Origin: Paraspadella gotoi
Lineage: Eukaryota > Animalia > Chaetognatha
Direction of reading: 5' to 3'
DNA length: 64,000 nucleotides
NCBI GenBank assembly: GCA_051294375.1
Contig: CM119265.1
Location: 23,776,669 to 23,840,668 of the forward strand
The position numbers and the translations under genes were made by a program. Each line of letters opens with the position of its first letter. Position 1 is the stretch's first letter. Of this stretch, positions 37,749-50,300 are shown piece after piece. The notes beneath the pieces were generated by a model, which was not told the origin of the DNA, did not search any database, and saw nothing but the letters and a program-made list of their open reading frames with translations.

Positions 37749-39704
37749 ATGAATCTTTTTGAAAGAAATATTAATCAGAATGCGGGAAACGAACTTACGA
37801 AACAACAAAAACAAGCTTATGAGGTACCTTTAAGGAAAAAGAGGCAGAAAATATAAATATATGAGATCGTGGCTACAAATTTTAAAAAAGTAATTAACCA
37901 AATTAACAAATCTTTTAATTTAGATATCCAAGGTTATGTTGGGAATATGTGAAGAGGCGACATCAAACGGAAAGCGGCTCTTGCAAATTCTGAAATCTCA
38001 GGTTACTTTCCTAAATAATGTATTAACTAAAATGAATCGATCATTAGTACATTTGGCTGTCTCAAAACTCAGTCAAATTTTAAAAGTATTTGAATTTAGC
38101 TGAATCAGCTTATTGCAGATTCCGACTCTATAATTTACTTAGTCGGTCCCTACCCACAATATTATCGGTATATTACGTAGATCATCTTAGAAAAATTAGT
38201 TTTGAAAACATATTTAAAAAAAATCTACGTCTGTCCGTCCGTCCCCCTTGGCTTTGAACGCAAATTACTCATGAGTGGAATCTCGGATGCAATAGTAGGC
38301 TTACTACCGGTGGTTTAACCTCCCTGTCATCATTGTAAATGGACCATTCTGACCAGAGCTAGAACCCTGGACCATCGGCTTCGGAGATGAAGCATTAGCC
38401 CAATACTCAATGACGGCCCAATGAAAAGAAGTCAGATCCAGCTGGCAATATTGTCAGTACGGTATCAATTTTTCTGGAGCCTGGAGGCAGCCAAAAGTGC
38501 CTTCGTTGTCGACAACATTTCGCGTCTCAGGATTTTTTTTCTCAATTCTTCTGATTTTTTCAGGGAAAACGCTTAATCACAGTCGAAGAAACTTTGTTTG
38601 AAGTCGAAATAGAGCTAGATTTTACCGAAAATGACATGAATGACTTGGAACGATCCTGCATGTTGTCGTGTCTCCCAAGATTAGCTCAGCAACAAAAAGC
38701 GGAACGGTGCGAAAGCTGTTGTAGTTTTGGATAATACAGGGAGGTCCAGATCTTTTGGGACTAACTTTAAAAAATCGTTTAGACAGGTATTTTCGCCAGT
38801 TTTTAGAAATTTTGCAATGAAGTGGCGGAAAGAATTTTAACATGTTATGCAAAAAGCTTTAATTACAGTATTTACTGTTGGATTTTTCAGACGCTTGAGA
38901 CATTGATCAAAAGAAAATTTTCCCTAGTTTCCAAATATAATACCTTTATTCTTATATCATAAACCGTTTTTGTGGTGTAAGGCTGTAAGCATTTGAAGTT
39001 AGTTCCATTAGAGCTGTAGAACAATGATAAATTAAATAACCGTTCAATAATAGATAATCCTTATCAAGTATTTGTTACCTATTCTCCAACAATTTACTCT
39101 TTCATTTAGCCAAAAGGAAACTGAACGTCGGGCGCATGAAGCTCATGAAGCACGCGCTCGTATTGCCGAATTCGAGCGGGTTGACCCGGACCGACCAGAC
39201 GAACCACCCAAAAAGACGCCGCTCACCAACACGTTCTCCAATATGCCTACAGAACTGGAACAAAACCTGGAGCTTAACTTGCAGGCGAATGAAATAAAAA
39301 TCTCTTGAAAAAAAAAAAGTTTTTAAAGGAGTGATAAAACACGCAGGAGGTTCGATATCGTGTACAACAGCTGAAGTACATTGCCGACGTAATTTTGAAG
39401 GTATAAAGTAATCTTACAGGTTGGCATTTCTTACTAGTATTCATTAAAGTGCTGGTGACAAATAATCCCATGCAAAACTTGATAACAGGAGCTTAATTTG
39501 GAAATGGATGACATTGCAAGGATTAAAAACATGATGAGAGAGTTCCAGGTTATTTCTTGCACCACTTGCTTGCATAATCTCTTAAACTATCCTAAAAAGA
39601 TACTGAACCAAACCCCTTATTGACCACTACTCAACAAAAGCGAGGAGTTGACCCGAGTTCAATTTAGAAAGACGAGCCAAGAAAAACATGTTGCGAAGAG
39701 TTAG
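37749..39704 (+). CDS. Divergent SNAP-25-family (Qb+Qc) SNARE; exons ~37749-37823, 37924-38001, 38564-38706, 39110-39284, 39347-39400, 39489-39548, last exon uncertain
   Basis: Spliced product QAYEISKVMLGICEEATSNGKRLLQILKSQGKRLITVEETLFEVEIELDFTENDMNDLERSCMLSCLP parallels the SNAP-25 first helix and Cys linker; ELEQNLELNLQEVRYRVQQLKYIADVILKELNLEMDDIARI parallels the second helix. Phases are consistent; start and end uncertain. Confidence 0.65.
38095..38280 (+). mobile_element. HINE 5' fragment
   Basis: ttagctgaatcagc..gcagattccgactctataatttacttagtcggtccc and gtctgtccgtccgtc, matching 51317-51490. Confidence 0.7.
38285..38420 (-). mobile_element. Possible tRNA-headed SINE fragment
   Basis: On - strand gggccgtcattgagtattgggctaatgc ... 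ccagggttctagctctgg has tRNA-like A/B box spacing; single copy in the window. Confidence 0.4.
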
Positions 39705-40288
39705 GCGTTAGTAAAATTTCTAAATTTAACTTTAATTTAATTCTTAAAAGTGAAGAACGAACAACATTATATTAATAAACATTTATGTAATAAAAAAATT
39801 TATAATAAATTTTACAATTTACGCAGTAGGCCATATTATACTAATACTATAACCAATAAATGTTAAAATTTTAAAACAGTTTTTTTAAAGATTTTTTTTG
39901 CAGATTTGGATTCGTCATAAAAAGTTGATGAAAGAAATATAACTTTTTTGAAAAATTCCTTCATTAAGTGGGTCAAAAATTAGAAAAAGATATATTTTAA
40001 GCTGAAAATTAACTTTTTATATATTAAATATAGTTTTTTAATTTTTAACAACTTAATAAAAGAATTTTTAAAAATGATTTATATTTTCTTATCAACATTT
40101 GACGAGGAATTCAAATCTGCAATCAAAATTAAGAGAAGCCTATTTTGAAATATTTCGATTTTATAAGGATAGCCTACTGCAAAAATTAAAAAAACATAAA
40201 ATTAATTTTTAAAAAAAATTAATGTTCACTGATGGTATGTTGTTCATAATTGACTTTTAGATTTTTCGTATGTAACTTTCACTACGCC
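39704..40288. mobile_element. PIF/Harbinger (Tourist-like) MITE
   Basis: Ends ggcgttagtaaaa / tttcactacgcc with TTA on both sides (39701-39703, 40289-40291). Confidence 0.8.
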
Positions 40289-40745
40289 TTAGCGAAGAGG
40301 TCAGGGACTATGTAGTATGTAATTAGTATTTGGCTCAAATCACTACTAGTCAAAGTTGGGGGTTTTCTAGTAAAGTATATCATTAATAATTCCTAGGACT
40401 AAATTTGACACAAGCTTGTGTGGTTATTTCGTCTCCCCCACATAAAACGAACTCTATTTACAGGACAGAATCATCGAAATTTCTAAACAAGCAGATAATA
40501 TATTGCGGGAAGAAAGCTGAACTACCTAAATTCGATCAGTTGGAACGAAATAAATTTATCGAAAAAAAGCTCGTTCTTATTTCCTTGTAACCTGGCAGCC
40601 TTCTGACAGGATCAATTTGTGCAGCGAAAAGCGGCGTCGCAGCTGTCTCGAATTGCCAGTCAAGATCAATCGCCGCTGTTTTTGCTTTTCGATCCAAGTT
40701 ATTCCATTAGACATCGACATGTAATTTTTTTAAACATCAAATAAA

Positions 40746-43700
40746 ATGCAGCAAGCACTGGGAGGAAACTTTCTATTGGTATGCGTAAATCTATATCAGA
40801 TATACGTTATTGAGTATGAAAAACTTTTATATTTTTAACTGACACGGTTTTCTTATAGCCTCTCGTCATTTTCAATATTTTACTGCTGATGAGCAACTGT
40901 AAAATCTTGGGGCAACAAAACATCGAAAAACACGAGAAAATGATGCCTGATAGTGATACTAAAATTATTTCCGTTAACGATCAGCCAAAAGTTATCTCCG
41001 AAGCATATACGTAAGACATTCGGTTTTAGTAGAAAAAATTTTATCAAATATTACATTGATCGATATCGACAGTTTAATCCATCGAATACTTTAATCAATA
41101 GGGTGTTCACAAAAAACTAATTAGATATTTAATTTCGTTAATTAGATGGATTAATAATCTTAATAAAAAAGAAGTATCTGAAAAACTGCTGATCGAAGAA
41201 CTGCAAACTGCACTTAAAAAAGAAGATGAAAAAATTAATAAAATTAACACTAAGGTATGTTTAAATGTGAAAAAAAAAATCCTCATCAATTTACAATAAA
41301 ATGATGATCGAAAAAATGCAGGAAAAGGTGATAAATATTAAGAGCGAAAGAATTGTTTTAAATCCCGATATTTTGACACTGGAAGGAATACAAAAACAAT
41401 CCTAACCACTCCGAACCCTGACCTCTCCTAACCCTTAACTATCCTTAACCATCACCACCCAAAAACCCTAACCAGTAACCACCCTAAACCTTAACCACTC
41501 TTAACCCTAACCACCCTTATTCCCAACCACCCCTAACCGCTGACCACCCCTAACCCCCACTTACCTCTGACCCCCACCTACCTCTGTCCACCCGTAACCA
41601 CCCCTTATCCCTAACTAAAAAAAGTAATGATATATACCAGTAAAAAATAACAGACTGGGTAGGTTCCAGTCGGCGAAAATAAAATTATTCATAATTCGGT
41701 TTATTATGTCCGCATCTTTTCTCATTTTAATTTAACAAAATGCATTTTACTATAATAAATAGGTGAAGCAAAACAAAGTGGAAATCTATCAATTACAAAT
41801 TGCCATTTGCAATCTTTTAACGGAAATTTGCAGCAAAAACCAAAACCGTTGCCCACCATGTCCATGGATGACGACAACCCCGCCTTTGGTAAAATATAAA
41901 TAAAAAATCTTAAAAGTATAGTGATCGCGCCAGACTTTACTATCAAAGAAAATTAATAAAAAAAAAAAAAAAGAATGATTGATGCGATAACAAATTATTG
42001 ATATAATAGTAATTGATTGATGTAATAGTAATTGATTGAATGATGTAATAATAATTGATTATTGATGCGATAATAACCGATTATTGATGCGATAATAACC
42101 AATTATTAATGCGATGATAACCAATTATTAAAGCGATGATAACCAAATATTGATGCGATGATAACCAAATGATAGATGCGATGATAATCATTCATTGATG
42201 CGATGATAATCATTCATTGATGCGATGATAATCATTCATTGATGCGATGATAATCATTCATTGATGCGATGATAATCATTCATTGTTACGATGATAGTCA
42301 ATCATTGACGCGATAAGTTATTCATCGTAAATAAAACAAACGAGAGAGAGAGAAACAAGTTTGAGCAAACAACGCCGGATCGGCCCACGATCATTAGCGG
42401 TAATTAATTAATTAATACAAACTATATAAACTAAAATAATAATTTAATTAATAAATTAATTAATTTGATCCAAAATGTTTGTTTTTAAGTTTTTTTATCA
42501 CTGACCACGACAAAAGCAACGACGATGATAGCAACGACAACCATAATGTCAATAACGATTGACTTGATTGATTGACTAAATAATTAATTTTTAAATAAAT
42601 TGATTGATTGAATAATTGATTGATTGATTAATTGACCAATTATTTAATTATTAATTGTCTAATTGATTAACTAATTTTTTTTTTGATTAATTAATACATC
42701 TTGCATTTACATTTAATATAAAAAGAAAAAGAAGCAAAATCAATTAGTGAAACAGGTTCTTTGTTTTTTCTATTTAAACTAATTTCCCATCAAACGATTC
42801 CATCGAAACTGGACAGCCGCTCCAAAGCTTAACTTGTTTTTAAATGAATCAGAAGAAGCGGCGACAGCAAAAAAGAGAGAGCGACATATAATTAAAAGAG
42901 AGCTGGACAGCTGAACTCCTCTATATATATATAAAAATGTTTTGTAAATAAAACAAACAAATGAGTGGAGGAATATGAAACATATGAATCTAAAATATCT
43001 TGCTGATTAAGAGCTATATATAAATTTTTAGCTTCTTCTGGTTACATACTATTTTCAATATTAAAACGTGACGACAACAACGACTACAGTCAAAAGAAGC
43101 AGAAACGAATTAACATCTCGCCCAAGTCAGGCATTTGCCCGTATGGCGAGATAAAAAAAATTAGATACACAAATTAATTTATTTTCAAAATTCCATTGCA
43201 GCTAATTTTCTCTTTGGCTCACGAAATTAATGCTGACATCAAAGTCCTTTTTCCATCGTCATAACATCCTACTTTTTCTTTAATATCTTTAAAATTACTA
43301 TAGAACAACATTGTAGAAAGATAATAAAAAAAATTATGTCCGTCCATCTGTCTGTCCGTTCATCCCACCTTAGCAAAAAACACCAATTACTCGTGATTGG
43401 ATAGATGGATTGGAATGAAATTTTGTGTGCGAGTAGGGAAGTGTGTGATTGAGCTGGATATGAAGTTTCGATAGAATCGTTTGAGTGGAAATGAGTTTAA
43501 ATGGAAAAAACAAAAAATTATATTTCACTATTTGATTTGAACACCAATTGCTCATGAATGGATGGGGCGATTGACCTGAAATTTTGTATGTGGGTAAGAA
43601 AGTGTGTGATTAAGCTGGAAATCAAGTTTCGATGAAATCGTCTGAGGCAGTGATTTCTATCAAGGAATTCAGCAAAAAAACCACTTTTTGCAATATTGCT

Positions 43701-46573
43701 AGAATATTTTTAACAGAATTGATTAAATTTGAACCCTAAGACAAAGTGGGCTGGACTACGGATTAATTAAAATCATCTGCTGCATTTTCTAATCAAGAAT
43801 TGATATAATTTTTGGTACTTTTAATAAAAAAAATTATGTCCATTTTTGTCCATTTTGACTTTTGTCTTGAAATTTGAACGTCAAGATCATTGAAGAAAAT
43901 TTTTTACTCTGGATTTCGGGTACTTCTTATCTTCTTTACCACTGAGTCGGTTCATTTGCCATTGGTCATCCATTGTTTGCCTATGAATTAATTTTTAAAT
44001 TGACTAGTCAAAAATTTACATTTTTTACATTTTATTACAATTTGTTAAACGAAAATACTTCAAAATGTCCACAAATCTAATCAAATATTCCCTTTCAACG
44101 GTGCTTCTGGTACCTAAAAAATTAGAGCAAAAAATTTAATAGTTTTGCAGCAATTAAATTTTTAAGTCAACTTTTAATTTGTGAGGATTTGTGAGGTGCC
44201 TTTTATTTGAACTAAAACTCGGTTTTTGACTGATTTTATAATTTTAATAGATTTGAAATATAGTAAGGTTAACGAATTAAAAAAAACCGCATTCTTTTAA
44301 TGTAATGGAAAGCGTCAGTAATTTTTTTCCTCTCAATCGACAGATTTTTGCGGAAAAAATTTCCGCAAAAATCTGTCGATTTTTTAAATCTGCTAGGCAA
44401 CCAAACTTTGAATAAAATCATACGATACTTAATTTTTTTTTCTTACAATACATTTTAAAGATTTTTATTTGTCCAGTATGATATAAATGAAAAAAATGAA
44501 TAAAAATGAGAAAAAGATAAGAGAAGAGAGAGCATGGGGGAAAAAAAAGTTGCAGGGAGAGAGAGAAAGAGTGGAAAGAAATTAATATATGGGGAGAAGG
44601 GGGAGAACGAAAACAAGAGAAAAGAAAAGATAAGAAAAAGGGAAGAAAGGGAATCAGAGAGGGAGAGAGAAGCAGAGATAGAGAGGAAGAGAAATAAAGG
44701 TAAATGAAGAAAAGAAGGGATGACACAGAAAAATATGAGGACAGAAAAGTCGGAGAAAGGAGAGAAAGAGAAAAAGAGAGGGACAGAGAGAAGGTTCAAG
44801 AGAGAAAAAAATAGTGAAAAAAATGAAAAAAAGTTTTAAAATATACGTGCCTTTTTTTTTTGCCTAAGCTGTAGTATATCTAAAAAACGCGATAGATCTG
44901 ACGAGCAATTTAATCTTTAAAAGTTGTCCTTACCATGAAAAACCGTTTTAGTTTCATCTTAATTAGGGCAATACCTTAATTAGAATGATTAAGGTAAAAG
45001 AAATTATGTCTTACCGTATTTTGAAAGCATAGAAATTCACCCAGTGAGTTCGATGTTATAAGGAGAAAATAACTATAGCCAACCGTTTTTTAAAATAAAG
45101 CATGTTTTATATTAATCATGGAAACAAAGAAATAATAGTATATAAGTTTCAATTTTATTGTTGAAAATACCCGAATAGTGGAAATGACTTTAAATGAAAA
45201 AAAAAACCTGTTTTACTAATTGATTATGCTTCTTTTTCTTTTTATATTAAATGCAAATGCAAGATGAATTAATTAATTAAATAATTAATCAGTTGATTAA
45301 TCAATTAATTAATCAATAATTAAATAATCAGTCAATCAATTAAGTCAATTGTTATCGGTATTATTCTCATCGTCATTGTTTTTGTCATGGTTAGTAACGA
45401 AAAGACCTAAAAACAAACATTTGGGATCAAATTAATTAATTGCCTAATTAATTATTAATAATAAAATAATTATTAATTAATTACCGATAATGATCGTGGG
45501 CAGATCCGACATTGTTTGCTCAAACTTGTTTCAAAAAACATTACTCTGCGAATCAGAGATGAAACAAACAGAGGGGAAACAACACTAGTTTGGAAAGATT
45601 GCATGAAATGTTTAACAATGCCATATGAATGTCATAAGTAAATTTACTATTACAGATCACAACGCAACCATCAGAAAATATTTCTCGCCCCGACCCAGAT
45701 CCTACCGGAAATTGCGGTACGAAAACAGTTTCAAATTACAAAAAATATGAATAAACTCATGGAAAAACTTGATGGAAAATGATAGACCACATATTTATTT
45801 TTAAACGTCATACAAAAAAATTTAAAATGACCATTTAGTTTATAATTTATAATACCATTAATTCTCTTGCATGAATTTATATCTATCCTTCTTTTTAGGA
45901 GAGCCAAAGGCTCCAAAATATGGATACCTCAGAAAAAATCTTACTACCTTAAATGCTCATGTTTTTTTATATTGTGAAGATGATTTTGAACTCATTGGCA
46001 ATAAAGAGTAAGAGGGAAAATTACCAATAGGCTAAATGGCCGTTTCATTGTATACGGTATCATAAATTTTACATCTCAGCCATCTTAATCTGTAAGTTCA
46101 TGTTGGAATAAAGAGCTAAGAAAATTTTTAGGATGATTTGTACTGCACTTTGGAACGAAATTGAAAATACATACCAATACTCCTGGGCGCCATTAATGTC
46201 GGCAATTTGTAGAAAAAAGGGAGAACACTTATCATCGAAACCTGGAACAATGCCTCCCCTGATTCAAAATTCAACAACTATACCAATAAAGGTACAACAA
46301 AAATCAAAATTAAAAAACTTTTAAGGCGCATAGGATTTAGCAATTAGCCTTATTCCACTGCTAAATTACATTATTTTACAGATCAACACTGAGAAGAAGG
46401 AAAATCTATCTATCTGCATGGAACCAAAGAAAGTCGGTCGTTGCAAGGCGGCTTTACCAAGATATTACTTTGACATTGATAAAAAAGAATGCACGAAATT
46501 TACCTATGGTGGATGCGACGGGAATCGAAATAACTTCATAAAAAAGATAGATTGTATTAAATTGTGCGCGTAA
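40746..46573 (+). CDS. Secreted protein with coiled coil, Sushi/CCP domain and C-terminal Kunitz domain; 8 exons (~40746-40778, 40859-41010, 41146-41254, 41763-41888, 45656-45716, 45899-46007, 46132-46291, 46382-46573)
   Basis: Phases join cleanly: MQQALGGNFLLPLVIFNILLLMSNC (signal), LIEELQTALKKEDEKINKINTKVKQNKVEIYQLQ, CGEPKAPKYG..YCEDDFELIGNKEMIC..W..IC (CCP), ICMEPKKVGRCKAALPRYYFDIDKKECTKFTYGGCDGNRNNFIKKIDCIKLCA* (6-Cys Kunitz). Confidence 0.82.
41400..41616 (+). repeat. Degenerate (CCCTAA)-like repeat tract
   Basis: Many cctaacc/ccctaacc/ccttaacc units mixed with accacc. Confidence 0.75.
41995..42318. repeat. 22-bp minisatellite (ttgatgcgatgataatcattca), degenerating leftward
   Basis: Direct reading; near-perfect copies at 42175-42290. 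Confidence 0.9.
42353..42810 (-). mobile_element. HINE 3' half
   Basis: aacaagtttgagcaaacaacgccggatcggcccacgatcattagcggtaatt terminus; reverse complement of 45165-45532. Confidence 0.75.
43335..43645 (+). mobile_element. HINE internal fragment
   Basis: gtccgtccatctgtctgtccg microsatellite, cccaccttagc, aagtttcgat..gtggaaatgagtttaaat, as in 51460-51610. Confidence 0.65.
45165..45532 (+). mobile_element. HINE 3' half
   Basis: Ends gatcgtgggcagatccgacattgtttgctcaaacttgttt. Confidence 0.75.
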
Positions 46574-47397
46574 ATTCAATTTCATCACAATTCTGCCATT
46601 ATTATATACTTAATAGTAAACAAATGTATGTAATTTAAAGGAAAATATTAATTGTATAACGAATTGCTATAATAAAGAATTAGTAAACAAATAATATCGT
46701 TACTTCAAAAAAATACTCGCCTTAGCCAGAAAGGATGTCGAGATAGAAATTAAAAAGCTAAGCAATAATTTCAGAAGTAAGTCGGAAATATTTATTAGAA
46801 CTACCGCAAAAAAAGACAAAAAAGTTAGTATCTCACCGCAGAACGCCTCTAAAGTTTACTCTACACGTTCTTTTTAATCGCCGGAATTGTTATTGTAATT
46901 GGAATATCAACATTGTCATTAATATAGAAAAGTACTTAAAAACTTACTAAATTGTTAAACCATGAAATTATTACGACAGAATCGACAAAATAGTTAATGG
47001 GCGGGTTGAGCGAAATTCTGGCAATGCTAATTTTAACCTCAGGTTTTTGACAATTCTCAATATTTCATGCCGAATTGAACTAATTGTGGGTCAAAACAGA
47101 AAAATTATCCCTTGATCATTAAAATGCCGTTCTAAATTATTCAAAATTGCATGTTTATAGACTTCCTATTGCTTAGCTTCTGGATTATATTCTCAAAATT
47201 ACCTTAATACTGAAATAATAAACAATTATCCTCGACCCTGGTAGTAAATTAACTTCTAGATATTAGTACGGTAATATAGCTAAATTCTATCTTTTTAAAT
47301 TAAAGTTCAAAAATTCCTAATAAATAATAGATTAAAGAATATATACTTTTTTTAAAAAAATTTATCCTTTCAGATTGGAGAGAGCGGTCATCGCATC

Positions 47398-50300
47398 ATG
47401 TTGAAAGTGTTAAAAGAAATCAAAGGAGTTCACGATTTGCCTTCAATCGAGGATCGCCATTATCACAAGCACCATCATCACCATCATCATCATTATCATC
47501 GAAGGTCTTCAGAGAAGCCACGTTATGATGATGGTTTCCATAAAGTTCCCGCTGGTTCAACAGTAAGTAATAAGTATGCATAAAATATACTAAACTGGTG
47601 AGCCAAACTAACAAAATTTTTGGTAAAAGTTATGTAACTTAAACTTAGAAGAAATTCGATACATTGAATTGCTGCTTTCTAGTCTTGATATGATGAAGGA
47701 ATTGTATTAGTGGAGGCGTCCGAGATAAAAATTGGCAAACTAAATGGGATTAATCGATTTATTAAAATTCGAATAGCATACGGAATCAAAATGGTTTTGA
47801 AAATATTCCAATAACAACAATTTTAACAACATGCAGTAAAAGAAAGTTAGGAACTTAAAAGTTCAGATATTCTTATTTCTCTTCTGAGAGTAATTTTTAA
47901 CTTCAAAATATTTTTTTTCAGCCATTGTCACCGAAAACAATGGCAACATCTACGACATCTGTTAATTCAACACCAATACGTTCCACAAAAGTATCTACTA
48001 CATACCATCATAGGCATCATCATCACAAGCCAAAGGTACTTAAAGCAATATAATAGTAAGACCATTTTTCTTCGCAGATAATTTGTAACTCAACCATATA
48101 TATCAACCAATATAAAATCTTAAAAATTTCGTTTTTCAGCTTTTGTAAATAATAGAAAGTTAGTGTATAGTTCAAACATACATTATATTGTTTAAAAAAA
48201 GTCATATATAACTTTGGTCCCCCTCAAAAAATTATCCATTCCCACCCCTTTATGTTCTGCCTCTTAGATATTATGATTTTTCATTAATGACTTTCTAACA
48301 GGAATGATGTGTGATATCTATTAGTAAACTAGGACAAATTGTAGTCTAACCTTGTGTTGTATAGATGATTCCTCTATTTCCAGAAGACAACACTGACCTC
48401 CCCCTCCCAAAATGAGTTATGAGATATAATAAGCAAACAATTTTTTAAAAAAGTAATATATATATAATTAAATAATGTAGATCAAATAGTAAAACATTCA
48501 TAAAATATAAAAATATAAGAGTGTAACAAGTAATTTTGCAAATTGTCATACATTAACTTTTAAGGTAAATTTTTAGTGAAGAGGTAATTCGTATTCATTT
48601 TTTTCTGAGCAACTCCTATAATTATCCCGTAATTGTAACTCCTATAATTAACATACAAGAAGATTAACTTTATCTTTTACTATAGGTTAAAGCAATTCCT
48701 ATGCATAAATACATCATCCTTCATTATTCGCCATTTAAAGCTGTTTGGGACTGGATAATATTACTCCTAGTGCTTTATACTGCAGTCTTCACTCCATATA
48801 CTGTTACTTTTGTATTAAATGAAAGCGAAACAAGGGCTAAACTCAACAGGTAAATTTTTTGGCTAAACATCTGTCTCTTTCTCATTTCTTTCTACAAAGT
48901 CAAAAACATAGACAACATAAGTTCTTAATTCAAAATAAAATACATGTAGTAATTGTAGCATATCAAACTAATAGTTTAACCATTGAAAATTTAAAAATTT
49001 TTAACACCTATTGACAAAAGAATATTTATAATTAAAAATAATAAGTTTTTTCAAATCGCATGAACATTTTTTGACAAACAAAGCCTACAATTTTAAAATT
49101 TCTTTATGTTCACTTTTCAGAGACGCATCAACCAGATCAAACAAAGGAGCTACCTTAGGAGCAGATGCATTGGTTATGATTGACCTTATTGTTGATATCA
49201 TGTTTATATTTGATATACTAATTAATTTCAGAACTACACACGTTTCAAAACAGGTAAAATAAAATTTTTGAAAAATTTAACGAGCTTATTACTATTGGTT
49301 ATTGTATTTAGGGAGAAGTTGTTATGGATCCATCATCGATTGCAGTTACCTATATCAAGGGATGGTTTTTGATAGATGCTATGGCTGCTATTCCTTTTGA
49401 TTTATTGCTTTTTGGAAGTGGTACAGCAGATGTAAGAAATAATGATTTATATTATGACTTCTTAATTCCCTGATTACAATCACAATATTTCTACGGTTCA
49501 GACAACAACTGTAACAGGATTGCTCAAAACTGCCCGACTTCTCCGCCTTTTAAGAGTTCTTAGAAAACTAGAACAATACTCAGAATACGGCGCAGGTAAG
49601 AATATTTGCGTTTTATTGGTTCAAGATAAAGTAATTTTTCAATTTAAAACTTTTATTAGTATATTATATTCAACAAACCATAATTTGTTTTTTAGCCGTT
49701 CTACTTCTTCTCATGGCTTCATTTACATTAATTGCACATTGGTTTGCATGCGTCTTCTATGCCATAGCATATGTTGAGCGACCTTATTTACCGGACCCAA
49801 AATATGGTTGGTTAGATGTACTAGGTAGAACTATTGGTCAGCCTTTTCTTCCTAATAAAACGGGTACGTTAATCAATATTAAGTATTCAAAGAATCACAG
49901 TATCCGCAGTTTAACATTTTCTTGTTTTCATCACTTTTCATGATTTAGACAGTGGGCCCTCCATCAAAACGAAATATATTACAGCCTTATATTTTACATT
50001 TACTTCGCTAACATCGGTTGGTTTTGGCAATGTGGCTCCTAATACAAACTCTGAAAAAGTATTTGGTATAATCGCTATGTTAGTCGGATGTAAGTTTTTA
50101 TTAATCCATTGCCTATAATAATATAATAACAAAGACTGACGAATTACCTTCCTGACAAATTTTGAAAAAAAAAAATTTATTCACAACAGCTTTAATGAGC
50201 GCTGCTATATTTGGTCAAGTATCAACCATAATGCTCAGAATGTATCAAGGAACAACGGAACTTCATGAAATGTCACTTGCTGTTAAAGAATTTATAAAAT

